Source: Eledone cirrhosa
Lineage: Eukaryota
Direction of reading: 5' to 3'
DNA length: 64,000 nucleotides
Assembly: GCA_964016885.1 (NCBI GenBank)
Contig: OZ024741.1
Location: forward strand, 370,512,001 to 370,576,000
Below are positions 28,916 through 41,248 of this stretch, piece by piece (positions within the stretch are counted from its first letter, which is position 1; every line of letters starts with the position of its first letter). The position numbers were made by a program, and so were the translations under genes. The notes beneath the pieces are model-generated. The model saw nothing but the letters and a program-made list of their open reading frames with translations. It did not search any database and was not told the DNA's origin.

Positions 28916-30750
28916 CTATTTTGGTGTTGAAAGTGAAGAAAGAAAAGCACCTATCTCTCCGGGTTGTGTAATTTCCATGGGGTCGGGTGTGTTGGGTGGA
29001 GGGATGTTTTGTGGTGGTGTGGGGGTATCCGAGTGTGGTGGGGTTGGGGTATTTGGAGTTGTGTCAGGGAGAGGGGAGGTTATGGGGAAATCTTTCAAGA
29101 GGACGCGATTTAACGGTTTTAAACAGGGGGGCTCACGTCCTGTTTAAATTGTTCTTTTAAGGAACGATAAAGGTCCAGAGGGACCTTTATCATTTTTAAA
29201 TGGGTAAAGTTCTCTGTTGAGATAAAGTTTGGCCCTTCGGTCTGCACCAAAGGGCTATTGTTTATTAATTTAAACAGTTTTTTGTTTTCTTTATTTATAT
29301 ATGTGTATTGCAAAGTCTTTTTTTGTGATGCTGTCAATGTTTCGAAGAGGGGAGGCGCAGATTTATTTTTGTTTGTCGAGGGTGGGGTGTTTTTGATTGG
29401 AGTTGGTGTTTGTGTGTGGGTTATTTGTTGTTGTGGTGTGCTGGGTGTGTGCTTTCGTTTTTTTCTTTTAACTTGTCTGAAGGCTTCTCCTCCTTCTTCT
29501 TCAGAAGTTGGGGGAAACTCTTCAGCGCTAGGTGGGAGGGACGTGGTGTCTGGTTGTTTCTTTTTGCGGGAGGGGTAGATTTGTTGCTGTATTTTTTATT
29601 ATTAGTTTGGAATGTGTTTTGTGGTGGTGGTGGTGATGTTTGTGTCGTGCTTGTGGTTGGTGATGGTGGTGGTGATGTTTGTGTTGTGGTTGGTAATGGT
29701 GGTGGTGATTTTTGTGTCGTGCTTGTGTTTGGTGCTGGTGGTGGTGATGTTTGTGTTGTGCTTGTGGTTGGTGGTGTCTGTATTTTGTTTGCTGTGTGTG
29801 GTATTAGTGTATTTTTGGAGGTGGGTGGTGTTGGTGTACTGTTTGTGGTGGGTGTGGGCAATAGTCCTTTTTGGGGGATACGATTCGGGCAGTTAGCCTT
29901 AACGTGTCCCCTTTCCATGCGTGAATAGCATGCTCGTCTTCTCCCCTCTACAATTATATATATTGGGGTAAGGTCATCCAGCCAGATGCGATCCGGGATT
30001 TGCGCTATTCTTTCGGGCCTCATTTGGACTAGTAGGTCGAGGCCCATTCCCAGGAACGCATCTCCAGATGCCTTCCCCATTGACAGCACTGTGTCCTCGC
30101 CCATGTCTATGAAGCCAGCAATAGCCCACCAGAAGTCCATTGTGGGCAGCATTGTCTGTATTTTGACTCTCTGAGTTCTTCTACCCATGTAGGTGGGATA
30201 GAAACTGTAGAGTGGGCTTAGGGAAAGCCTCTGTGCTGTTTCCTTGTCTTTTGTTAAAACCGAAATGCTGCCATAGAGTCGGTCCTTTCGTATGAAGAGA
30301 ATATTCTTCATATAGTCTTTTAGGACCAACTCTATCTCCATTTGGCTGTGCTGTGCTGGCTTTCTCGTGTGGTTTAGAATTGTTCTAAACAGAACAGTGT
30401 TTTCTAGTCTCGTTTTCTTGAATTCTGGGGGGGAATTAATGGAAAACATTCCGTTCTCCCCCCAAGATTATGTGCTTTTTTGCTTCTGCCAATTTTTCTC
30501 TGGCGGCAGTCAAGTCAATAGGTGTATATATTATAGATTTTTTTGTTGTCTGGGCGAAAGTTGCCTTGTTGTTTTTTGTATTCTTATTTTCTGTTTGTTT
30601 GTTTTCCGTTTCTAATTTTCCGTAACATTTGTTTTTTTCATTTTCCTTGTTTGTTTCGTTGTCTAGTTTTGTTGTATCCATTTTTTGTTCTTCAGACTTG
30701 GGGGGCGTGGCAGAGCTAATGGCATACATGTCTGCCATCTTTCCCGCCAT
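28916..30750 (-). pseudogene. ORF1 (gag-like), frameshifted
   Basis: Four ORF fragments match the intact ORF1 of copy 2; zinc knuckle mutated (CYSR); 12-nt deletion (STTx segment missing). Confidence 0.9.
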
Positions 30751-31204
30751 GCGTCCAAGAAAGAAGTTTTACAGAAAAATAGTTATTTATTTTACCCCCT
30801 AAAAAGGGGGTAAATGTAAAAATGTTTCCCTAAATAACAGGGGTAAGTGTTCCAAATGTGTTGCACTGAAAACATTCACTGGTTCTTACTATAGTAAGGG
30901 TAAATTCCGATAGAATAGCAGAGCCGATGTGAAGCGTGTCTCACTCTATCAAGATAGATAGATAGATAGATAAATTTATATTTATTTTCCACGAGGGCAC
31001 AAAAGAAGGGGACATTTACACAGTGGGGGAGTTTACATAAATCGAGTAAAGAAAAAAGGAATAACAATAATAATATAACAATAAAAAGTCCTCAAAAGGG
31101 AGGGGGCGTGTTGGGGATTGCACATACCCCCGAAAAGTGTGCAACTCTTTTCGCGGGGGAAGCCCAGAGAGGAGGCGCTCCCCCTTTCCTCTTCACTTCT
31201 TCAC

Positions 31205-34200
31205 CTACAGAACAATGTAGAGAGAAGGCCCATTTACACGGGCCATTCTCGCTTCTTTCACCCACCTTTCATAAAACTGTCTGGGACCAAGCACTTCTCT
31301 CTCCATCCTGATTCTTCTTCCGAAGTGGTATCGGAAGAAGTAAACCAGGTGATGGCCGGAGAGAAAGTCACCCGACCTCAGACCTTTCAGGCGCGTCCAC
31401 CACACAACCTCTTTCATCATGGCTATTACGCACAGAAAGACCGCCTCTGCTTCATTTCTGAAGGGATGAGGTGGCTTGATGTTCACCACAGACTCGGCGG
31501 TTAATCGAATCGGCGCCACACGCGACAGCAGTCGTTCGACGTAGCCCCACAGATCGGCAACGCCCGGGCAGTGTACCAGTGCATGCGCAACGGTTTCCTC
31601 GTCGCGCACGCATCTGGGACAGATCTTTTTCGCGGGATCCCTGCCCGGGCGCCCGTGTCTGTAGAGCTTTTCTCGAACGGGCAGAGCCCCCCGGTAACAC
31701 TGCCAGGCTGGGGACCTCTGGAAGTTGTCCATGGGTCCCGGGCCGAAAGTTCTAACGAACAGGCTGGCCAGTTCGTCCTCCTCCATGCCTAGCGACTCTC
31801 CAAGGGTGTGGTCGCCCCTGCTAGCCACCAACCCTCTATAGAATGTCGAGGTGGATTCTCCACTGACAGTCGGGTCCGCTTGCCAGATAGCCTTGAGCGC
31901 CTGGGCACACTCGGTGTGCCAGTTGCCCAGTTTTCTCGGTCTTTGCTTCACCCAGGATTGCAGTTCGGTGAGCGAGACGAGCTGTGGGAAGGCTCGCCTC
32001 ACAAACGGGGCCCACACCAGCTGACCGTTGAGGAATACCTGTAGATGCCGTAGCCTCAAAGCGTGCCTACGCATCAACAGCCACGGCATACCCAGCCCTC
32101 CTTTCGAAGGGTGCTGGCAGCAGATGGATCTCCTCACCATGGGAGGCCGCTTCTTCCAGAGGAACTGGAAGAGCATGCGTTCCATGATGGTGAGCTTTTC
32201 CTTGGGGCAAGGCACGACGGTCAGGAGGTAGTAGATGACGGACGCTATGTAAGCGTTCGTCACCTCCGCCCGACCTTTCAGTGATAGTTTGCACTTGGCC
32301 CACTTCTGGGTCAGCGCAAACACCCTGCTCGTCACCTCGCCCCAATTCTTCTCCACCTGGAGGTCCGGTCCGAACCAGACCCCGAGCAGCTTCACCGGGC
32401 CCTCCGTCCACCGCTCGACGACACCGTCTAACGGCATCGGTTTGCCCCTCCACGTTCCGAGTTGCAAACCGACTGACTTGTCCTGGTTCAGCTTAGCCCC
32501 CGTCAGCCTTTCGTATTCCTCCAGTAGGGTGGCGATCGCCCCGATTTCCGAGGCGTCCGCCACCATTACTGTTACGTCGTCGGCATAGGCCGAGACCGCT
32601 TTGTGCAATCCCGGTTCCAGGGGTATGCCCCGCAGCAACTCCAACTTCCGCAGCAGTGGCTCGAGAGTCAATACGTACAGAAGGGAGGAGAGGGGGCACC
32701 CCTGTCTGATGGATCGGGTGATTTGAAACGGCTCCGAGAGGTAGCCGTTTACTTTAATCCTAGAGTAGATGTTGCCACTGTGCATGGCAGAAATCCAGCC
32801 CCTGAAAACGGGTCCGAAGCCCGCCGCCGCTAGCACCGCATCCAGGTAACCATGGTCGACCCTATCGAACGCCTTAGATTGATCCAAGTTGATCAGGGCC
32901 CCACCAAAGCCGGGTTCGTAGCCAACCCTCTCTATGATGTATCGCATGAGGTGGAGGTTGTCGTGAATGGACCTGGACGGGATAGCGCATGTCTGCGCGT
33001 CTCCCACCAAACCACCCACCACAAGCGCCAACCTCTTCGCCAACACCTTGGCCAAAATCTGTAACTCTGCATTCAGCAGAGTTATGGGCCTAAAGTTACT
33101 TAAGTCGTCCCCCTTGCTCTCGTCCTTCCTCACTAGCGTGACCACGCCCTTGGTCACAGTACAGGGAATTCTCCCGTTCTGTTGCCAGTTGCAATAGACA
33201 GCCTCGAGGAGTTCGGAGAACAAGACCGGCATAGCTAAATAAAGTTCGTATGGTAGACCATCGAGACCCGGGGATTTGCGTCTGCTGCATTGGCTGAGCG
33301 CTTCCCCGATTTCAGTGGCTGTGATTGGCCTTTCGCAGCACTCCGCTTCGCCGCTCGAAAGACGCGGTAGACCGTCGAGGTATGGACCGAAGTCCACATC
33401 CCCGTCCGGCCCCCCGCCACCTCCGAACAGTCGAGCAAAGTGCCTTTGAAAGGTCTCGCACATTCGCTCAGGTTCAAGGATCACCCGTCCATCCTGGCCT
33501 CGCAAAGACCGAATGGTGGATTTAATCCCACTCTTGGCTTCTGTCACGCGGGCCCAGCTAACAGCTTTGGTCCCCTCGTTTCCTAAAGCACGTATTTTAC
33601 TTCGGACAACGCAGCCTTCGTGCTTCGCGTCAAAGAACTGGCTCAATGCCGTTCTCGTCGCTAACACTCTGGCTACGTCTCCGCTCCTAATCGCCTCTTC
33701 TAGTTTATCTGTTAACTCCCTTTCCCTCCTATTTCTATTCGCCGCTAGTTCCTTACTGTAACCTATCGAACTTACTCTAATCTCTCTCTTTAGAGATATC
33801 CACCACCTACTGTTGACGATCGCTCCCGTCAACCGCATCTTAACTAAGCTACTAATCCGGTTTCTGTAATCTTTCTTTGTCGGTAAGGACAAGTTCATCT
33901 TCCAGTAACCGGGACCCTGTCTATGCGTTCTATCAAGGTTGACCACGCAGGTCACTAATTTGTGATCTGAATAGCCAACCATGATCAGTTCTGGACAACT
34001 AAATACGTCCCTATCCTTACTCCTAACCAAAAACCTATCTAGGTACGATCTAGATTGTCCACTGCGGTTTGCCCAGGTCCAGGTTGGCGCAGTTGGACAA
34101 TCTAGTCGAAATCTATCGACCAGGTCGAATCGATCGAGAAACCCCTTGAGGCTGCTACACCCCCCTCTATCGGGACATGCCCCTGCATAGTCCCAACGCG

Positions 34201-34634
34201 CATCTAGGATTCCATTCCAGTCCCCCACTAAAAGCAGGGAACGCGACGTTCCTAGAAAAGTCTCCAGACGTTGGAAGAAGTCGGCTCTTTCCGCCCCGAA
34301 GGGAGCATAAAGACCGACCAGTCTGAAAGCCCCGCCTTCACCGCCTCCGACGTCCAGCACCAGTAATCGACCCCCCGGGTCCGAGTGAACAATCTGTACG
34401 TCGAGAGTCAGACGTTTATCCAGCAGTACGGCAACTCCCCCCCCCGCCTCCGGGTTGACAGAGAGATGCGTGCATCTCAAAGTCATCGAAGGCGGGCGCC
34501 AGCTGTCTCACGCTGCTGATCCGACTCTCGCAAACAACCATCACATCTATACTTTGTGACCTGAGGTCACTTAGAAGCTTTGCTTGCTTCCAAGCTGAGC
34601 CCAGGCCACGCGCGTTCAAACAGCCAACTCTCAA
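31205..34634 (-). CDS. ORF2: AP endonuclease + reverse transcriptase + C-terminal CCHC finger (~1142 aa if one G is removed from the run at 34437-34445)
   Basis: VGCLNARG, GDWN, SYLDR, SDH; KSPGLDG, FRPITLLN, DQSKAFD, RQGCPLS, YADD; CPRC-x8-H-x4-C. Confidence 0.93.
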
Positions 34635-34639
34635 TTGAT

Positions 34640-36475
34640 CTATTTTGGTGTTGAAAGTGAAGAAAGAAAAGCACTTACCTCTCCGGGTTGCGTAATTTCC
34701 ATGGCATCAGGTGTGATGGGTGGAGGGATGTTTTGTGGTGGTGTGGGGGTACACGTGTGTGGTGGGGTTGGGGTATTTGGAGTTGTGTCAGGGAGAGGGG
34801 CGGTTATGGGGAAATCTTTCAAGAGGACGCGATTCAACGGTTTTAAACAGGGGGGGCTCACGTCCCGTCTAAATTGTTCTTTTAAGGAACGATAAAGGTC
34901 CAGAGGGAACTTTATCATTTTTAAATGGGTGAAGTTCTCTGTTGAGATAAAGTTTGGCCCTTCGGTCTGCACCATAGGGTTATTGTTTATTAATTTAACC
35001 AGTTTTTTGTTTTCTTTATTTATATATGTGTATTGCAACGTCTTTTTTTGTGATGCTGTCAATGTTTCGGAGAGGGGAGGCGCAGATTTATTTTTGTTTG
35101 TTGAGGGTGGGGTGTTTTTGATTGGAGTTGGTGTTTGTGTGTGGGTTATTTGTGGTGTGCTGGGTGTGTGTTTTCTTTTTTTTCTTTTAACTTGTCTGAA
35201 GGCTTCTCCTCCTTCTTCTTCAGAAGTTGGGGGAAACTCTTCAGCGCTAGGTGGGAGGGACGTGTTGTGTGGTTGTTTTTTTTTTGCGGGAGGGGTAGAT
35301 TTGCTACTGTTTTTTTTATTATTTGTTTGGAATGGGTTTTGTGGTGGTGGTGGTGGTAATGTTTGTGTCGTGCTTGTGGTTGGTGATGGTGGTGGTGATG
35401 TTTGTGCTGTGGTTGGTGGTGGTGATTTTTGTGTCGTGCTTGTGTTTGGTGCTGGTGGTGGTGATGTTTGTGTTGTGTTTGTGGTTGGTGGTGTCTGTAT
35501 TTTGTTTGCTGTGTGTGGCATTAGTGTATTTTTGGAGGTGGGTGGTGCTGGTGTACTGTTTGTGGTGGGTGTGGGCAATAGTCCTTTTTGGGGGATACGT
35601 TTCGGGCAGTTAGCCTTAACGTGTCCCCTTTCCATGCATAAATAGCATGCTGGTCTTCTCCCCTCTACAATTATGTCTATTGGGGTAAGGTCATCCAGCC
35701 AGATGCGATCCGGGATTTGTGCTATTCTTTCGGGCCTCATTTGGACTAGTATGTCGAGGCCCATTCCCAGGAACGCATCTCCAGTTGCCTTCCCCATTGA
35801 CAGCATAGTGTCTTCGCCCATATCAATGAAGCCAGCAATAGCCCACCAGAAGTCCATTGTGGGCAGCATTGTTTTTACTTTTACTCTTTGTGTTCTTCTA
35901 CCCATGTAGGAGGGATAGAAGCTATATGTTGTCGACGAGAGTGGGCTTAGGGAAAGCTTCTCCGCCGTTTCTTTGTCTCTTGTTAGGACCGAAATGCTGC
36001 CATAGAGTCGGTCCTTTCGTATGAAGAGAATATTCTTCATATAGTCTTTTAGGACTAACTCTATTTCCATTTGGCTGGGCTGTGCTGGCTTTCTTGTCTG
36101 GTTCAGTATAGTTCTGTATAGAACTGTGTTTTCTGCTCTGGCTTTCTTGAATTCTGGGGGGGAGTTAATGGAAAACATTCCGTTCTCCCCCAAAACAATG
36201 TGTTTCTTTGCTTCGGCCAGTTTTTCTCTGGCGGCAGTTAGGTCAATTGGTGTGTATGTAATGGATTGTTTTGTTTTCTGGGCGAAAGTTGCCCTGTCGT
36301 TATTTGTATTATTTTCTGTTTGTTTGTTTTCTGTTTGCTCATTTTCCTTAACATTTGTTTTTTCATTTTGTTTGTTTGTTTCAATGTCTAATTTTGTTGT
36401 AATTATTTTTTGTTCTTCAGACTTGGGGGGCGTGGCAGAGCTAATGGCAGACATGTCTGCCATCTTTTCCGCCAT
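34640..36475 (-). CDS. ORF1 gag-like nucleic-acid-binding protein with CCHC zinc knuckle and Pro/Thr-rich repeats (~611 aa)
   Basis: CYLCMERGHVKANC = CX2CX4HX4C; ATG at 36475 matches the ATG of copy 1 at 30750; TT(Q/K)TSPPP-like repeats. Confidence 0.92.
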   Translation of the reverse strand: MAEKMADMSAISSATPPKSEEQKIITTKLDIETNKQNEKTNVKENEQTENKQTENNTNNDRATFAQKTKQSITYTPIDLTAAREKLAEAKKHIVLGENGMFSINSPPEFKKARAENTVLYRTILNQTRKPAQPSQMEIELVLKDYMKNILFIRKDRLYGSISVLTRDKETAEKLSLSPLSSTTYSFYPSYMGRRTQRVKVKTMLPTMDFWWAIAGFIDMGEDTMLSMGKATGDAFLGMGLDILVQMRPERIAQIPDRIWLDDLTPIDIIVEGRRPACYLCMERGHVKANCPKRIPQKGLLPTPTTNSTPAPPTSKNTLMPHTANKIQTPPTTNTTQTSPPPAPNTSTTQKSPPPTTAQTSPPPSPTTSTTQTLPPPPPQNPFQTNNKKNSSKSTPPAKKKQPHNTSLPPSAEEFPPTSEEEGGEAFRQVKRKKRKHTPSTPQITHTQTPTPIKNTPPSTNKNKSAPPLSETLTASQKKTLQYTYINKENKKLVKLINNNPMVQTEGPNFISTENFTHLKMIKFPLDLYRSLKEQFRRDVSPPCLKPLNRVLLKDFPITAPLPDTTPNTPTPPHTCTPTPPQNIPPPITPDAMEITQPGEVSAFLSSLSTPK

Positions 36476-36781
36476 GCTGCCAAGAAAGAAATTTTTCGGC
36501 AAAAATAGATATTTATTTTACCCCCTAAAAAGGGGGTAAATGCAAAAATGTTTCCCTAAATAACAGGGGTTAGTGTTCCAAATGTGTTGCACTAAAAAAT
36601 TTATCCGGTACTTACAATAGTAAGGGTAAATCCCGATGGAATAGCGGAGCCGATGCGAAGCGTGTCTTACTCTATCAAGATAGATAGATAGATATGTGTG
36701 CCTGTGTGTGGTTGTGTGCCTGTGTATAGGGGTGAGGAATATCATATATATGAGGAATTTACACACATATATATATATAAG

Positions 36782-36826
<45 letters not shown>

Positions 36827-36833
36827 GTGTGTG

Positions 36834-36907
<74 letters not shown>

Positions 36908-36910
36908 TGC

Positions 36911-36969
<59 letters not shown>

Positions 36970-37761
36970 TGTTTGTTTGTATGTGTGTACATGTATGTTT
37001 TCTAAATGAAGGTTCCCGGTTAGATGATATAGAGATGTTCTATGTACAGACGTTAAGTACCTGTTACAGCATTGTTTTATATGTATCCGTCATGATATAA
37101 GGTATTATTATCCGGGGGGAAGTTCCGAGTTAAATACATGAAGAATATCCTGAAGCGCCCGGCTATAGAGGATAATAGTAATATGGATGGCATGTTACTA
37201 GTTAAGTCTAGTAAAACCATTATTCAACTTAGTGTTCCAACTAGATACAGACTCGGAACTGTTAGGTAAAGTGCCTAATTCGATGTACTTCCTTCTAACA
37301 GAGTCCTTATCCGGCAGTATGACATCTCTGTTTAATTTATATGCAAATTATCATTGCTTTATTGTATCCAAATTATTCCATGTTTCACTAAAAAAAAAAC
37401 TTTCTCAGTATATTGTCCTCTTTACCCCTGTTGTAAACCTTGTATGCGGGCGTGTGCCTTTTTGTATATAAAGAGTGCACGTGTGAGTGATTATAGGTCT
37501 ATATATTAAAGATGTTCATTATGAACAGGAGATTTTGTCAAAGTATTTCCTTCCGATGAAGTACATAAGAACACACTTAGTGCATGTAATTAAAAGAAAC
37601 TGTTTAAGTCCAAATAAAGCTTCGAAGTAGGAATATACACAGGATCTCTAAGAACTTTTCTGGGATTAATTTAAAATACATAGCGTCTTGTCTTATATAC
37701 ATAGAAACATTTGCAAATGATTCTAATAAATTGCCGTTTGAAAACGCCATTGTTTCTTGTT

Positions 37762-37844
<83 letters not shown>

Positions 37845-37893
37845 TCTCTCTCTCTCTCCTCTCTCTATATCTCTCTCCCTCTCCCTCTCTCTC

Positions 37894-37945
<52 letters not shown>

Positions 37946-38296
37946 TTCATGGTATCTAAGATGCTTCCATAGGCGGTATGCCGGTTGAGCACTCTATGTT
38001 CTTACAGAACATATATATATATATATATATATGCATATACTGCTCTTGAATTTCTTATGCCGGTTGAGCACTCTATGTTCTTTCAGAACATATATATATA
38101 TATATATATATACATATGCATATAGTGCTGTTGAATTTCTTAATAACTATCCAAGTAGGTAGATCACGCACAACAGAGGACGAGTTATGTTATATTAAAT
38201 ATTTGATAACATCAACAATACATTATCCAAATACACACGTTTAACTAGGAGAGTCTATTTAAATCATCCCAGCGAAACAGGTTTATTCGGAAGTGC

Positions 38297-38338
<42 letters not shown>

Positions 38339-38417
38339 AATTATGCACACGTACACACACATATATATAGACACACATATATATATATACATACACACAT
38401 ATATATACATATATATC

Positions 38418-38750
38418 AGTACGTATGGGTTATATCGATCATTAATAATTATTTCTACATTTGGCACAAGGCCAGCAATTATTCCAGTTACTGGTACTTT
38501 ATTTTATCGACCACGTAAGGATGAAAGGCAAAGTTGACCTCCGCGTGATTTGATCTCAGACTGTAAATGGCCGTAACTCTATGCTGAAAATCATGGCGTC
38601 CGATCCTCTACCGATACTGCCAATCCAATCGAACATTAATAATAATGTTTGATTCGTTTGTAAACAAACGGCCCGATTTCAAGCTGTGCCGGTGACCGAT
38701 CGTCACCTTTTTGTTCAACACTGGCTTTAAGGAACAATCAACATGTTTTT
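38418..38750 (-). mobile_element. Family B HHR repeat interrupted by a SINE (38446-38627)
   Basis: Reverse complement of 10885-11025; SINE flanked by the ATCGA(T/A)CATTAATAAT duplication. Confidence 0.8.
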
Positions 38751-38758
38751 AAGTCATT

Positions 38759-38941
38759 GTGGATTGGCAGTATCTGTAGAGGGTCGGACGCCATGCTTTC
38801 CAGCATAGAGTACGTCCCTTTACGATCTGAGTTCAAATCCCGCCGAGGTTGACTTTGCCTTTCATCCTTACGGGGTCGATAAAATAAAGTACCAGTAATG
38901 CACTGGGTAATTGCTGGCCTTGTGCATAAAGTAGAAACAAT

Positions 38942-38944
<3 letters not shown>
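38759..38944 (+). mobile_element. SINE family 1 (short form)
   Basis: Head, core and tail present. Confidence 0.9.
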
Positions 38945-39019
<75 letters not shown>

Positions 39020-39022
<3 letters not shown>

Positions 39023-39800
39023 AATCCTACCTAATGGCTCAGGATTGTGTACGGCATTATTTCCCACACAGTAGTGTTCACAATGTCCTTCTTCAAGCCT
39101 ACAAAGTTGACAGTACTTAGACTCGCACACTCCACTGTTGCCCTACACTTTACTGATCACCATTCCAGCACAGATTCCATCTTCGCACACCCCACAATCG
39201 CCCTACCCTTTATTGATAATCATTCCATCACACATTCGATCCTAATATCTCACCTTTTCAAAAGTCAATTCGACGTACATTTTGTTTCCTTCTTTTAGAC
39301 CCCACCACCTTCTCCATATCCTATGAGCGTCCTTTCCGCTCCTTTAAATACGCCCCTAAAATGCATGATCTCTTAATCCATAGCTCTTTTATTCCTTCTA
39401 ATACCTAACCTGGATCCTTCTCTAACTTCCGAATGTTTCCAACAGTCTCCCAACAACCGTAACACTACCTTCCTCCTTCGACTCAACCAGCACCCTTCTT
39501 ATCACAGATCCCTTCAATTGTACTACTAGAAATGTATTAAGCGTTTTTTCTGTGATCTCATATACATTGGTAAGACCGGCCACAGGTTAGCAGATCGTTC
39601 ATCTACGAGATATCCGCTGAAATAACACCGCATCACATGTTGCGCATCACATTACCATACCTTCTCACACTATTACCACCTCTCAGTCTGTTGTATTCCT
39701 TTGCACAACGGCGATAATGCTTTTCGCTGCCACATAAAACAACGTATTGTATTCCGCCTTAGTTGCTCTGTTCACGTTGGTATGAACAATGTAGTGATAT
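39020..39800 (+). pseudogene. Penelope-like element relic: RT thumb/linker and GIY-YIG endonuclease
   Basis: Frame-broken peptides SFKYAPKMHDLLIHSS, SFNCTTRNV, FCDLIYIGKTGHRLADR, SHVAHH, KQRIVFRL...GMN. Confidence 0.8.
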
Positions 39801-39879
39801 TTACCTAACTTTATCTAGAGCTGTCATCTCTCAATTCGGAGAAGTAGCGGCTCTATCAGGGGTGGCTCTCTGATCTCCG

Positions 39880-40060
39880 AATACCGAATTCAAGATATGG
39901 AGTTTGTCGTTTACGCTTACATCCCTTTTTCTGATTACTGAATGCTGAAACTGGCGCATTACTGCACCAGCTGCTGCAATTCTTGCACTTTATTCAGCCT
40001 CCTGCCCTCCATCACCCGTGAACACGACCCCGAGATATCGTATTTCCCGGCGTCGAAGAC
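39880..40060 (-). pseudogene. RTE-like LINE fragment
   Basis: YLGVVFTGDG..EAE*SARIAAAGAVMRQFQHSV, similar to 23340-23440. Confidence 0.7.
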
Positions 40061-40117
40061 GCTACTTCTCAAAAATCTACCATGCGTCCTATAGGCTGAA
40101 GGTTGTTTATTATTTGT

Positions 40118-40572
40118 TTTCAAAGTATATACTTTCCTTGTGCATATTAACGGCTGAGTTAGTCGGCCGGGCGTACCGAAAACGATAAATGGAAAAAATG
40201 AAATTTCATTTCTCACTCTTAGTAAGGAAAGTATACACTTTCAAACGTTCAATCGACTGACAGGAAGGTATACGGTGCTGATGACAGCTAATAAGCTAGA
40301 AACTAGTTCAACGTTCCGTTGTCAGTGTTGAACAAAATGGCAACGATGGTTGCCGAATACTGTACGGCTAATTATTCGGGCTGTTTGTTTACAAACAAAC
40401 CGAGCATTATAATAAATGTTCGGTAAACCCATACGTACATATATATATATATGTGTGCATGTATGTATGTATATACATACCACTGTACGTATGTATACAT
40501 ATATGTATGTACGTATACATACTTATATTTAAGTATCAGCAGTACTAAGAGTAAGAAATGAAATTTCATTTT
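40118..40572 (+). mobile_element. Family B HHR repeat with an inverted partial copy; hammerhead 40272-40314
   Basis: ACGGUG-CUGAUGA-C-AGCU-AAUA-AGCU-A-GAAA, palindrome ACUAGU, U^CAACGU. Confidence 0.8.
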
Positions 40573-41214
40573 TTTTATATATATATAGTCAAAATGGAGA
40601 ATTTCAATGATCATATATAGTCAAAATGGAGAATTTCAAAATAAAAGTTTCATACGCTGTCATATTTTAGCCGGAGGTAAATATAGGAAGAGATACAGTC
40701 GATCATACGAATAAATGTTTTCTATTAAATTCACAATAAACCGACAAGTGTTCCGCTTATTCAATTATTATATAATAGACAGTAAATAAAAAGAAAATTA
40801 TATGATATATATATATTTCTCCTTCGAAACACCAACACTACCACAACCACTACCATAACTACACCCGCAAAAAATACCCTACTGCTGCTGCTTCTTTTTC
40901 TTCTTCTTCTTCTTCTTCTTCTTCTTCTTCTTCTTCTTCTTCTTCTTCTTCTTCTTCTTCTTCTTCTTCTTCTTCTTCTTCTTCTACCGCTGCTGCTGTA
41001 GTCTTTTGTTTTGTCAGTCGTTATTGCTGTTGTGTTTGTTAATAAATGATAAGTTCAGGAACAACTCGTCAAACTTACCTGCTACCTACCTGCCTACCTG
41101 CAGAACTACATACCTGTACATGTATGTATGTATGTATGTATGTATGTATGTATGTATGTATGTATGTATGTATGTATGTATGTATGTATGTGTGTATGTA
41201 TGTATATATGTATG

Positions 41215-41248
<34 letters not shown>

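Larger units (their letters stand above)
25251..30952 (-). mobile_element. Full-length Tx1-clade non-LTR retrotransposon, copy 1 (decayed)
   Basis: Colinear with copy 2 across 5'UTR, ORF1, ORF2 and 3'UTR; AATAAA then (TATC)n at the 3' end. Confidence 0.95.
30973..36678 (-). mobile_element. Full-length Tx1-clade non-LTR retrotransposon, copy 2 (near intact)
   Basis: 5'UTR, ORF1, ORF2 and 3'UTR; bounded by (GATA)5 at 30953-30972 and (GATA)4 at 36679-36694. Confidence 0.97.

Noticed and set aside
34640-34678. Apparent 39-nt intron (AG|GTAAGT...polypyrimidine...TAG) at the ORF1/ORF2 junction
   Set aside because: The donor is absent in copy 1 (AGATAGGT), and splicing keeps the ORF1 frame and meets a TGA, so it would not fuse the ORFs.
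25386-36539. Plus-strand ORFs overlapping the Tx1 copies
   Set aside because: Antisense shadows of GC-rich or repetitive coding sequence.
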